A DNA stretch of 62,905 nucleotides, counting the filler, from Chiloscyllium plagiosum (lineage: Eukaryota), in the NCBI RefSeq assembly GCF_004010195.1. It is 5 parts of 2 records of this genome, joined end to end, with 100 filler letters (N's around TTAATTAATTAA, not from the genome) between each part and the next. Parts side by side here need not be neighbours in the genome. Positions count along the whole stretch, not along the records: positions 40,801 to 54,059 come from NC_057713.1; positions 54,160 to 60,119 come from NC_057713.1; positions 60,220 to 62,905 come from NC_057714.1; 2 more parts are not named here. One strand, given 5' to 3'. Both the position numbers and the translations under genes were made by a program. The notes beneath the pieces are model-generated. The model did no database searches, was not told the origin of the DNA, and worked only from the letters and a program-made list of their open reading frames with translations. How positions within the stretch are numbered: the first letter of the stretch is position 1; each line of letters starts with the position of its first letter. This document shows, in pieces, positions 51,331-61,990 of the stretch.

Positions 51331-51962
51331 GGGAACAGCAGGAGGCCATTCAGCCCCCCTCCTCCTCCAGCCTGTCACACACTGTCACACAAGGGACCAG
51401 CAGGAGGCCATTCAGCCCCCCTCCTCCTCCAGCCTGTCACACAGGGAACAGCAGGAGGCCATTCATCACCCCTCCTCCTCCAGCCTGTCACAGGGGACCA
51501 GCAGGAGGCCGTTCAGCCCTCCCTCCTTCCTCCTCCAGCCTGTCACTCAGGGAACAGCAGGAGGCCATTCAGCTCCCCCTCCTTCCTCCTCCAGCCTGTC
51601 ACACGGGAGACAGTATGAGGCCATTCAGCCCCCTCCCTCCTCCAGCCTGTCACAGGGGAACCAGCAGGAGGCCGTTCAGCCCTCCCCCTCCCTTCTCCAG
51701 CCTGTCACACAGGGAACAGCAGGAGGCCGTTCAGCCCCCCTTCTCCAGCCTGTCTCACAGGGAACAGCAGGAGGCCGTTCAGCCCCCCTTCTCCATCCTG
51801 TCACACAAGGGACCAGCAGGAGGCCATTCAGCCCCCCTCCTCCTCCAGCCTGTCACACAGGGAACAGCAGGAGGCCATTCATCACCCCTCCTCCTCCAGC
51901 CTGTCACAGGGGACCAGCAGGAGGCCGTTCAGCCCTCCCTCCTTCCTCCTCCAGCCTGTCAC
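51331..51962 (+). repeat. GC-rich ~40-55-bp minisatellite
   Basis: Units 'gggaacagcaggaggccattcagccccc(tcc)ntccagcctgtcacaca' running into an N gap. Confidence 0.95.
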
Positions 51963-52822
51963 NNNNNNNNNNNNNNNNNNNNNNNNNNNNNNNNNNNNNN
52001 NNNNNNNNNNNNNNNNNNNNNNNNNNNNNNNNNNNNNNNNNNNNNNNNNNNNNNNNNNNNNNNNNNNNNNNNNNNNNNNNNNNNNNNNNNNNNNNNNNNN
52101 NNNNNNNNNNNNNNNNNNNNNNNNNNNNNNNNNNNNNNNNNNNNNNNNNNNNNNNNNNNNNNNNNNNNNNNNNNNNNNNNNNNNNNNNNNNNNNNNNNNN
52201 NNNNNNNNNNNNNNNNNNNNNNNNNNNNNNNNNNNNNNNNNNNNNNNNNNNNNNNNNNNNNNNNNNNNNNNNNNNNNNNNNNNNNNNNNNNNNNNNNNNN
52301 NNNNNNNNNNNNNNNNNNNNNNNNNNNNNNNNNNNNNNNNNNNNNNNNNNNNNNNNNNNNNNNNNNNNNNNNNNNNNNNNNNNNNNNNNNNNNNNNNNNN
52401 NNNNNNNNNNNNNNNNNNNNNNNNNNNNNNNNNNNNNNNNNNNNNNNNNNNNNNNNNNNNNNNNNNNNNNNNNNNNNNNNNNNNNNNNNNNNNNNNNNNN
52501 NNNNNNNNNNNNNNNNNNNNNNNNNNNNNNNNNNNNNNNNNNNNNNNNNNNNNNNNNNNNNNNNNNNNNNNNNNNNNNNNNNNNNNNNNNNNNNNNNNNN
52601 NNNNNNNNNNNNNNNNNNNNNNNNNNNNNNNNNNNNNNNNNNNNNNNNNNNNNNNNNNNNNNNNNNNNNNNNNNNNNNNNNNNNNNNNNNNNNNNNNNNN
52701 NNNNNNNNNNNNNNNNNNNNNNNNNNNNNNNNNNNNNNNNNNNNNNNNNNNNNNNNNNNNNNNNNNNNNNNNNNNNNNNNNNNNNNNNNNNNNNNNNNNN
52801 NNNNNNNNNNNNNNNNNNNNNN

Positions 52823-52882
52823 GGGCCCTGTCGGAGGGTCAGTGCGGAGGGAGGGGGCCCTGTCGGAGGGTCAGTGCGGAGG
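52823..52882 (+). repeat. 32-bp tandem repeat
   Basis: gggccctgtcggagggtcagtgcggagg twice, directly upstream of the branch point. Confidence 0.8.
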
Positions 52883-52911
52883 CCCTGACCTGTGTCCCCC
52901 CCCCCCCCCAG

Positions 52912-53051
52912 CGGTGTACACCATCATCACCTTCCCGTTCCTGTTCGCTGTGATGTTCGGGGACGTGGGACACGGCCTCATCATGTTCCTGTTCGCTCTC
53001 TGGATGGTCCTCAACCAGGAGGAGCCCAAACTCAGGAAGGAACCCAACGAG
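52912..53051 (+). CDS. TCIRG1: Internal coding exon of V-ATPase V0 subunit a (a3-like)
   Basis: Branch-like CTGAC (52885-52889), poly-C tract, AG at 52910-52911; 140 bp, phase 1 to 0; (A)[46 protein letters not shown]; donor GTAAGG at 53052. GDVGHGL.MFLFAL favours a3 over a1/a2/a4, but the paralogue call is from recall. Confidence 0.85.
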
Positions 53052-53055
53052 GTAA

Positions 53056-53570
53056 GGGACAGCATGAGGCCATTCAGCCCCTTCCCCAGCCTGTCACACA
53101 GGGGGACAGCAGGAGGCCATTCAGCCCCTTCCCCAGCCTGTCCACACAGGGGGAATAGCAGGAGGCCATTCAGCCCCCTTCTCCACTTACACAGGGGAAC
53201 AGCAGGAGGCCATTCAGCCCCTTCTCCAGCCTGTCACACAGGGGGACAGCAGGAGGCCATTCAGCCCCTTCTCCAGCTTGTTACAAAAAAGGAACAGCAG
53301 GAGGCCATTCAGCCCCTTCTCCAGCCTGTCACACAGGGGAACAGCAGGAGGCCATTCATCCCCCCTCCTCCTCCAGCCTGTCACACAGGGGATCAGCAGG
53401 AGGCCATTCATCCCCTCTCCTCCCTCCTCCAGCCTGTCACTCAGGGAACAGCAGGAGGCCATTTATCCCCCCCTCCTCCTCCAGCCTGTCACACAGGGGA
53501 ACAGCAGGAGGCCATTCATCCCCCCTCCTCCTCCAGCCTGTCACACAGGGAACAGCAGGAGGCCATTCAG
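53056..53570 (+). repeat. Same GC-rich minisatellite, intronic
   Basis: About 11 units of 'ggg(a/g)acagcaggaggccattcagcccc..ccagcctgtcacaca'. Confidence 0.95.
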
Positions 53571-54059
53571 CATGGGAAGGGCTAGAGTGCTGTGTGAAGG
53601 TGAGGAGCAGTGGGTTGGATGCAGCGTTGTGTACCCGTGGATCATGGTGTCAGTCTCACAGCCTGCCCCCTGTGCTCTCTTGCAGGAGAAGAAGAGGCGT
53701 AATGACTCCAAGTGAACAGAAGATTACTGAAAGCCATTTCCCCAGACCCCTCCCCGTCCCTGTCCCCGTCCCTACCCACCACCCCTCCCTTGCCACGTTG
53801 CCCCTCCCAAACCCCCCCCCCCCCCCTTGCTTACCTTGCACTGATTAAACAGAATGATTGAGAAACTAAATAGGATCGTAGGCTTTGGTGTTTCCCCAAA
53901 CCCACTCCCAGCCCGGGTTAACACAGGAAGACCCTTTCAAACCACAGGATCAGCATTAGCACAGCACCCAGACCCTCTACCCCTCCTCCAACCCGCTCTC
54001 CCTCTCCCCCCGTGCCTCCTACTGTCTCCCCCTTTACCTCTCCTACGCTGCCACCCTCT

Positions 54060-54159
54060 NNNNNNNNNNNNNNNNNNNNNNNNNNNNNNNNNNNNNNNNN
54101 NNNTTAATTAATTAANNNNNNNNNNNNNNNNNNNNNNNNNNNNNNNNNNNNNNNNNNNN
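54060..54159. other. Artificial scaffold spacer
   Basis: 44 N + TTAATTAATTAA + 44 N. Confidence 0.95.
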
Positions 54160-54455
54160 AGCCATGTGTTCAACTGCACTCTCTCCCTATTCTTTGCCTC
54201 ACTGTCACGTGGCACCGGCAACAACCCAGAGATGACGACTCTGTCTGTCCTAGCTTTTAGCTTCCAGCCTAACTCCTTGAGCTCTTGAATGACCTCCCCA
54301 CCCCTCTTCCTACCTATGTCATTGGTGCCAATGTGTACCACGACTTCCGGCTGCACACCCTCCCCCTTAAGGATTCTGAAGACATGGTCTGAGACGTCTC
54401 GGACCCTAGCACCCGGGAGGCAACAAACCATCCGTGAGTCTCGCCCATGTCCACA
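54160..54455 (-). mobile_element. CR1 ORF1 SGNH-esterase fragment
   Basis: 'VCCLPGARVRDV..VVVHIGTNDI..VVISGLLP'. Confidence 0.8.
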
Positions 54456-54739
54456 GATCACCCCTCAGCCTCTGATGCTCCAGGGAAAACAGCCCCAGCT
54501 TATTCAGCCCCTCTCTATAGCTCAAATCCTCCAACCCTGGCAACATCCTTGTAAATCTTTTCTGAATCCTTTCATGTTTCACACCATCCTCCCAATAGCA
54601 GGTTGACCAGAATTAAATGCAGTATTCTAATAGCCGAATTAATGTCCTGTACAGTCACAACATGACCTCCTAACTCCTATACTCAATGCTCTGGCCAATA
54701 AAGGAAAGCATACCAAGCTTTTTCTTCACTATCTTATCC

Positions 54740-57011
54740 TCTGCTAGATTTAGGATGCATAGGATGGAGAAGAAAACTGCAGGGGATGGGCACAATTGAA
54801 ATGTGGAGCTTATTCAAGGGCCTATACTGCGGGTCCTTGTTAAGTATGTACCGATCAGGCAAGGAAGATGTTGTCGAGCCATGGTTTACTAAGGAAGTTT
54901 AATTTCTCTTCAAGAGGAAGAAGAAGGCTTATGTTAGGCTGAGATGTGAAGGCTCAGTTTGGGCACTTGTGAGTTACAGGTTAGCCAGGAAAGACCGAAA
55001 GAGAGTGCTAAGAAGAGCCAGGAGGGGACATGAGAAGCCGTTGGTGGCTAGGATCAAGGAAAACCCGAAAGCCTTCTCTAGGTATATCAGGAATAAAAGG
55101 TTGACGAGAGTAAGATTAGGACCAATCAAGCTTGTAGTGGCAAGTTGTGCGTGGAGTCAGAGGAGATACGGGAAGCGCTAAATGCATACTTTTCGTCAGT
55201 ATTCACACTAGAAAAAGACAATAAGGTTGAGGGGAATACTGAGAAACAGACTGGATTGGATTGAGGTGCATAAGGAGGAGGTGTTAGAAATTCTGCAAAG
55301 TACAAAAATAGGTAAGTCCCCTGGGCCTGATGGGATTTATTCTAGGATTTTCTGGGAAGCCAGGGAGGAGATTGCCAAGCCTTTGGCTTTGATCTTTATA
55401 TCATCATTGTCTACAGGAATAGTACCAGAAGACTGGAGGATAGCAAATGTTGTCCCCTTGTTCAAGAAGGGGAGTAGAGACAACCCTGGTAATTATAGAC
55501 CAGTGAGCCTTACTTTGGTTGTGGGTAAAGTATTGGAAAGGGTTATAAAAGAAAGGATTTATAATCATCTGGGAAGGGATACGCTGATTAGGGATAGTTA
55601 ACACAGTTTTGTGGAGGGCAGGTTGTGCCTCAAAAACCTTATTGAGTTCTTTGAGAAGGTGAACAAAAAGGTGGATGAGGGTAAAGCGGTTGATGTGGTG
55701 TACATGGATTTCAGTAAGGTGTTTGATAAGGTTCCCCATGGTAGGCTATTAAACAAAGTATGGAGGCATGTGATTGAGGGTGATTTAGTGGTTTGGATCA
55801 GAAAGTGGCTAGCTGAAAGAAGACAAAGGGTGGTGGTTGATGGGAAATATTCATCCTGGAGTTCAGTTCATAGTGGGGTACCACAGGGATCTGTTTTTGT
55901 CCAATGTTGTTTGTCATTTATATAAAATTTAGTGGTTTGGATCAGAAAGTGGCTAGCTGAAAGAAGACAAAGGGTGGTGGTTGATGGGAAATATTCATCC
56001 TGGAGTTCAGTTCATAGTGGAGTACCACAGGGATCTGTTTTCGTCCAATGTTGTTTGTCATTTATATAAATGACCTTGATGAGGGCATAGAATGATGGGT
56101 TAGTAAATTTGCAGATGACACTAAGGTCGATGGAGTTGTGGATAGTGCCGAAGGATATTGTGGGTTACAGAGGGACATAGATAAGCTGCAGAGCTGGGCT
56201 GAGAAGTGGCAAATGGAGGTTAATGTGGAAAAGTGTGAGGTGATTCACTTTGGTCGGAGTATCCAGAATGCAGAGTGCTGGGCTAATGGTAAGATTCTTG
56301 GTAGTGTAGATGAGCAGAGAAATCTCTGTGTCCAGGTACATACATTCCTCAAAACTGTCACGCAGGTTGATCTGGTTGTTAAGAAGTCACAAGGTGTGTT
56401 AGCTTTTATTAGTGGAGGGATTAGTGATTCACAACCATGACATCATGCTGCAGCTGTACAAAACTCTGGTGCGGCCACACTTGGAGTATTGTGTACAGTT
56501 CTGGTCACCGCATTATAGGAAGGTTGTGGAAGCTTTGGAAAGGGTTCAGAGGAGATTTACTAGAATGTTGCCTGGTATGGAGGGAAGGACCTACAAGGAA
56601 AGGCTGAGGGACTTGAGGCTGTTTTCGTTAGAGAGAAGAAGGTTGAGAGGTGACTTAATTGAGACATATAAGATAATCAGTGGGTTAGATAGGGTGGACA
56701 GGGAGAGCCTTTGTCATCAGATGGTGATGGCTAGCATGAGGGGAGATAGCTTTAAATTGAGGGGTGATAGATATAGGACAGATGTCAGAGGTAGTTTCTT
56801 TACTCAGAGAGTAGTAGGGGTGTGGAATGCACTGCCTGAAGCTGTAGTAGACTCGCCAGCATTAAGGGCATTTAAATGGTCATTGGATCGGCATATGGAC
56901 GAGAATGGAATAGTGTAGGTTAGATGGGCTTCAGATTGATTCCATAGGTCGGTGAAAAATCAAGGGCCAAAGGGCCTGTACAGCACTGGAATGGTCTATG
57001 TTCTATGTTCT
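54740..57011 (+). mobile_element. CR1 ORF2 (tether-RT-3' UTR), frameshifted, with internal 144-bp tandem duplication
   Basis: KSPGPDGI, NYRPVSLT, DFSKVFDKVPH, FADDTK, LVRPHLEYCVQFW; tail tctatgt repeats. Confidence 0.92.
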
Positions 57012-57014
57012 TCC

Positions 57015-57700
57015 TGTGACTCCACTTTCAAGGAGCTATGAACCTGCACTCCAAGGTCTCCTTGTTCAGCAACGCTCCCCAGGACCTTACCATTAAGTGT
57101 ATAAGTCCTGCTAAGATTCGCCTTTCCAAAATGCAGCACCTCGCATTTATCTAAATTAAACTCCAGCTGCCATTCCTCAGCCCATTGGCCCATCTGATCA
57201 AAATCCCATTATACCCTGAGCAACCTTCTTTGCTGTCCATTATACCACCTATGTTAGTGTCATATGCAAACTTACTAACCATACTCTGATGTTCACATCA
57301 TTGATATAATTTGAGAGAAACATTTTCATATGAATCGTTAAGGTGTGGAATGCACTCCCTGGGAGTGTGTGTGTGGGGCTGGTTCAACTGACACATTCAA
57401 GGGTAAGTTAGTCTGTTATTTGAAAAGGGACAATGTACAGCGTTATGGGGAAAAGGCAGGCGATGGCACAAAATGAGCTGTTCATCTGAAGGGACAGCAC
57501 AGACATAATGGGCTGAACGGCCTCCTTCTGCATTGTAACAATTCTGTTATTCTTCAAATGGCTATTTACATAGAACATAGAAGAATACAGTGCAGTACAG
57601 GCCCTTTGGCCCTCGATGTTGCGCCGATCCAAGCCCACCTAACCTATACTAACCCACTATCCTCCATATACCTATCCAATGCCCGCTTAAATGCCCATAA
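57015..57700. mobile_element. Several short CR1 fragments, both strands
   Basis: WAEEWQLEFNLDKC (-); CR1 3' ends at ~57320-57550 (+) and ~57570-57700 (-). Confidence 0.75.
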
Positions 57701-59399
57701 NNNNNNNNNNNNNNNNNNNNNNNNNNNNNNNNNNNNNNNNNNNNNNNNNNNNNNNNNNNNNNNNNNNNNNNNNNNNNNNNNNNNNNNNNNNNNNNNNNNN
57801 NNNNNNNNNNNNNNNNNNNNNNNNNNNNNNNNNNNNNNNNNNNNNNNNNNNNNNNNNNNNNNNNNNNNNNNNNNNNNNNNNNNNNNNNNNNNNNNNNNNN
57901 NNNNNNNNNNNNNNNNNNNNNNNNNNNNNNNNNNNNNNNNNNNNNNNNNNNNNNNNNNNNNNNNNNNNNNNNNNNNNNNNNNNNNNNNNNNNNNNNNNNN
58001 NNNNNNNNNNNNNNNNNNNNNNNNNNNNNNNNNNNNNNNNNNNNNNNNNNNNNNNNNNNNNNNNNNNNNNNNNNNNNNNNNNNNNNNNNNNNNNNNNNNN
58101 NNNNNNNNNNNNNNNNNNNNNNNNNNNNNNNNNNNNNNNNNNNNNNNNNNNNNNNNNNNNNNNNNNNNNNNNNNNNNNNNNNNNNNNNNNNNNNNNNNNN
58201 GAGGAGCAGCCATTGAGGGAGAGACCTGGATGAAGGGCAGTGAATGCTATCGCCTTTAGGAAACAGAACCTCACCTCGCTTGGAGGGTGTTAGTTTTTGT
58301 CTCTCTGGTTTAACTTCTCCCCTTCTGTAAATGTCGCCTCCTCAGCGGGATAGTGGAATGAAGCGTTGTCCAGGAGCGATTTCTTCAGAGGAATCACTTA
58401 CTCCATCCCCGGCGCTGGGCGTGTGTGTCTGCTGTACACCGGGATACAGCCACTGGGTCCTACCACCCTCCCACCTTAAAGCAATCACTGATAGAATAGC
58501 CTCCCACTGACACAGCTCTCGCTCTCGCTCTGCTTTCCTGTCAGTAAAGAGTTTACATTTTCGTTTCGTTTAAATAAGGATGGAATCTCTTTCACTTCTG
58601 CCTCGTGTAACTCAATGCATTAGCTTTAACATTGATTGGGTCCCTATTCTGATGTGCTATAACACATTCTGGAGCAGATGGGTTTGAAGCTAGCGCCAAA
58701 GTTAGAGACACTACCACAGCAACACACGACCCTTGATCACATCACTTACACCAACTGAGAACTGAGCCCACTTCCCCAGGTGATAGGCAGGAATACTGAC
58801 TGATGTACCAACAGGGAACAATAACCATGGTACCTCTGAGTTCCTGTACACGTAGTTATTTTCCACATTTTGTAAACAATAGTGTAAATTAAGTTTAGCC
58901 ATTTTTTGACCTTTGAGCTGCATTGCTGCCTTTATCTCAGCTTTATTGAATTAATTGTTCCTGATGGTTGCATACATTATCTAATACATCTCTTATGGGG
59001 TAGAAGTGACCTGTATAAGAAGGACAGATTGCACCTAAATGGGAAGGGGACTACTATACTGGGGGAGATTAATTAGAGCTGCTCAGGTGGAGAGATAGTG
59101 AGGAAAGAGATTGATTGCTGTAGTTGGGATAAGGAACCAGTCAAACAGACCGGGCAGGCAGGAATAAAGCAAAGCACAAGGTAGGACTTACAAAGTAAAC
59201 TGCATTTATTTCAATGCAAGAGGCCAAACAGGGATGGCAGATGGAAATGTGGGACTGGGATATCATAACAATTACAGAGACATGGCTCAGGGATGGACAG
59301 GACTGGCAGCTTAATGTTCCAGGATATAGAAAATACGGGAGGAATGGGGGTGGAGGGGCAAGGGAAAAGGAGGAGTGGTGTTTTTAATTAGGGATAACA

Positions 59400-60119
59400 T
59401 TAGAACATAGAACATAGAACATTACAGCGCAGTACAGGCCCTTCGGCCCTCGATATTACGCCGACCTGTCATACTAATCTGAAGCCCATCTAACCTACAC
59501 TATTCCATGTATGTCCATATGCTCGTCCAATGACGACTTAAATGTACTTAAACTTGGCGAATCTACTACCGTTGCAGGCAAAGCATTCCATACCCTTCCT
59601 ACTCTCTGAGTAAAGAAACTACCTCTGACATCTGTCTTACACCTATCTCCCCTCACTTTAAACTTGTGTCCCCTCGTGCTTGCTCTCCCCATACTTGGAA
59701 AAAGGCTCTCCCTGTCCACCCTATTTCACCCTCTGATTATCTTGTATGTCTCTATTAAGTCACCTCTCAACCTTCTTCTCTCTAACGAGGACAGCCTCAA
59801 GGCCCTCAGCCTTTCCTCGTAAGACATTCCTCCCATACCAGGCAACATCCTAGTAAATCTCCTCTGAACCCTTTCCAAAGCTTCCACATTCTTCTTATAA
59901 TGCGGTGACCAGAACTGTACACAATACTCCAAGCGTGGCCGTACCAGAGCTTTGTACAGCTGTAGCACAACCTCATGGTTCCGGAACTCAATCCCTCGAT
60001 TAATAAAGGCCAAAACACTGTATGCCTTCTTAACAACCCTGTCAACCTGGGTGGCAACTTTCAGGGATCTGTGTACATGGACACCGAGGTCTCTCTGCTC
60101 ATCTGCACTCCCAAGAATC
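59400..60119 (-). mobile_element. CR1 3' portion
   Basis: LYKALVRPRLEYCVQFWSPHY..FFTQRVGRVWNALP; (tagaaca)n tail; adjoins a + strand CR1 ORF1/endonuclease remnant at ~59000-59400. Confidence 0.9.
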
Positions 60120-60219
60120 NNNNNNNNNNNNNNNNNNNNNNNNNNNNNNNNNNNNNNNNNNNNTTAATTAATTAANNNNNNNNNNNNNNNNNNNNNNNNN
60201 NNNNNNNNNNNNNNNNNNN
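60120..60219. other. Artificial scaffold spacer
   Basis: 44 N + TTAATTAATTAA + 44 N. Confidence 0.95.
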
Positions 60220-60423
60220 GGCCTATCACCCTCACCTTGACCTCCTTCCACCTATCGCATTTCCAACGCCCTTCCCCCAAGTCCCTCCTCCTTACCTTTT
60301 ATCTTAGCCTGCTGGACATACTTTCCTCATTCCTGAAGAAGGGCTTATGCCCGAAACATCGATTCTCCTGTTCCCTGGATGCTGCCTGACCTGCTGCGCT
60401 TTTCCAGCAACACATTTTCAGCA
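60220..60423 (+). mobile_element. PLE terminus (family A) with hammerhead-like motif at 60329-60364
   Basis: Near-identical to positions ~17-220. Confidence 0.8.
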
Positions 60424-61309
60424 GTATCCCTCATCAATCCTTGTCTTTCCAAATACATGTACATCCTGTCCCTTAGGATTCCCTCCAACAACTTGCCCAC
60501 CACCGACATCAGGCTCACTGGTCTATAGTTCCTGGCTTGTCCTTACCACCCTTCTTAAACAGTGGCACCACGTTAGCCAACCTCCAGTCTTCCAGCACCT
60601 CACCTGTGACTATCGATGATACAAATATCTCAGTTATGGTTTATAGAATATCCATCAGGTGATACAAACTAATAGAAAACAGGTTCAAGACACTCTGCAT
60701 TAGTGAAGTAAAGGGCAAGAAGAGAGAGAGAAAGAAGGAGGGATTAGTACCCTCATAAGACTGTGGACCAGATTTTAGGTCAGCCACTATGAATTAGGTC
60801 TTGCAGAGAGATCATCAATCACTCATTTCACCTCTATCAACACTTCAACTGATTGGTGGCAACAACTTTGGACTGGGCACTCACACTCACCCAACAAATA
60901 CAAAACTAAAAACAATAAAATAAAATCACTTTGAGCAACTTTTACATAAAACAAAGTAAAAATTCAGATATATGTATGGGCTGTGTTTTAAAAGCTTGCT
61001 GAATGAAAATGATGAATTAATCATTTAACAGACTCTACGATACAAAAATATTTTTCAGGGTGTCAGATCTGTTGGTTATAAAATTTTATTCATCACTTTA
61101 CCATTAAAAACCCAGTTACACCAGATTGAACAAGAGATGTCCCTTGATTGACCGTTCATACTTCAGGATTCTGTACTAATCTGCACATGCCTCACGTTGT
61201 GAAATTGCAGTCACAGGACTATCACTCACTAATTCTGTCACTGTGCATCAAATCTCACCAACTGGCAATCCTCAGTAGCATATGTATTATCTCCACTCGT
61301 GATAATATG

Positions 61310-61990
61310 GACCAGGAGCAAAAGTAGACCATTCAGCCCATCAAGCCCGCTTCATCAATCAAGAAGATCATAACGCAGCTGACTGTAAAATCAAATCCAT
61401 AATCCTATCTATCCCAATAACCTTTCACCACCTTGATTACCAAGAAGTTATCTACCTTCTACCTTAAAAATATATTCAAGGATTCTGCTTCCACCACCTT
61501 CTCAGGAAGAGAGATTCAAAGATTCCAAAAATGAATGCCTCATCTTTGTTATAATTGGATGACTCCTTAGTTTTGAACAGTGATCACTCATCCCAGATTC
61601 TCCCATAAGAGAGAATCTACCATATCTACCTTGCTAGGATCCTCAGGAGCTTATGTTTCAGTCAAGTTGCCTCTTTTAAATTCCTGCAGATACAAAGCCT
61701 GACCCGTCTAACCTTTCCTCATAAGAAAACCCACCCATACAGTACTAGTCTTTTAGACCTTCAAATGCATTTACATCCTTCCTCAAATAAAGTTACTTGG
61801 TACTGTATACAGCACTCCAAACACGGTCTTACTAGTTCCTTGTATAACTGAAACATTATCTCTTTACATCTTTATTCAACTCCCTTTCTAATAATTGAAA
61901 ATATTCTATTTGATTTCTTAATTACTTGCTGTACCTGCATAGTAACCCTTTGTAATTCATGCACAAGAACATCTGGATCCCTTTGCCTTT
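61310..61990 (-). mobile_element. Decayed CR1 3' portion
   Basis: Reverse-complement CR1 tail and 'LYKELVRPCLECCIQY'. Confidence 0.7.

Noticed and set aside
39469..53051. Functional link between env and the TCIRG1-like exon
   Set aside because: Separated by an artificial scaffold spacer at 40701-40800.
51331..53570. CRISPR-like repeat array
   Set aside because: Units are head-to-tail with no unique spacers, there are no cas genes, and the context is vertebrate.
51302..53585. 528-aa and 754-aa ORFs
   Set aside because: Made of minisatellite units and an 860-N gap; only 52912-53051 is genuine coding sequence.
57558..58274. Long ORFs across the 500-N gap (also 12890-13215)
   Set aside because: Artefacts of translating Ns.
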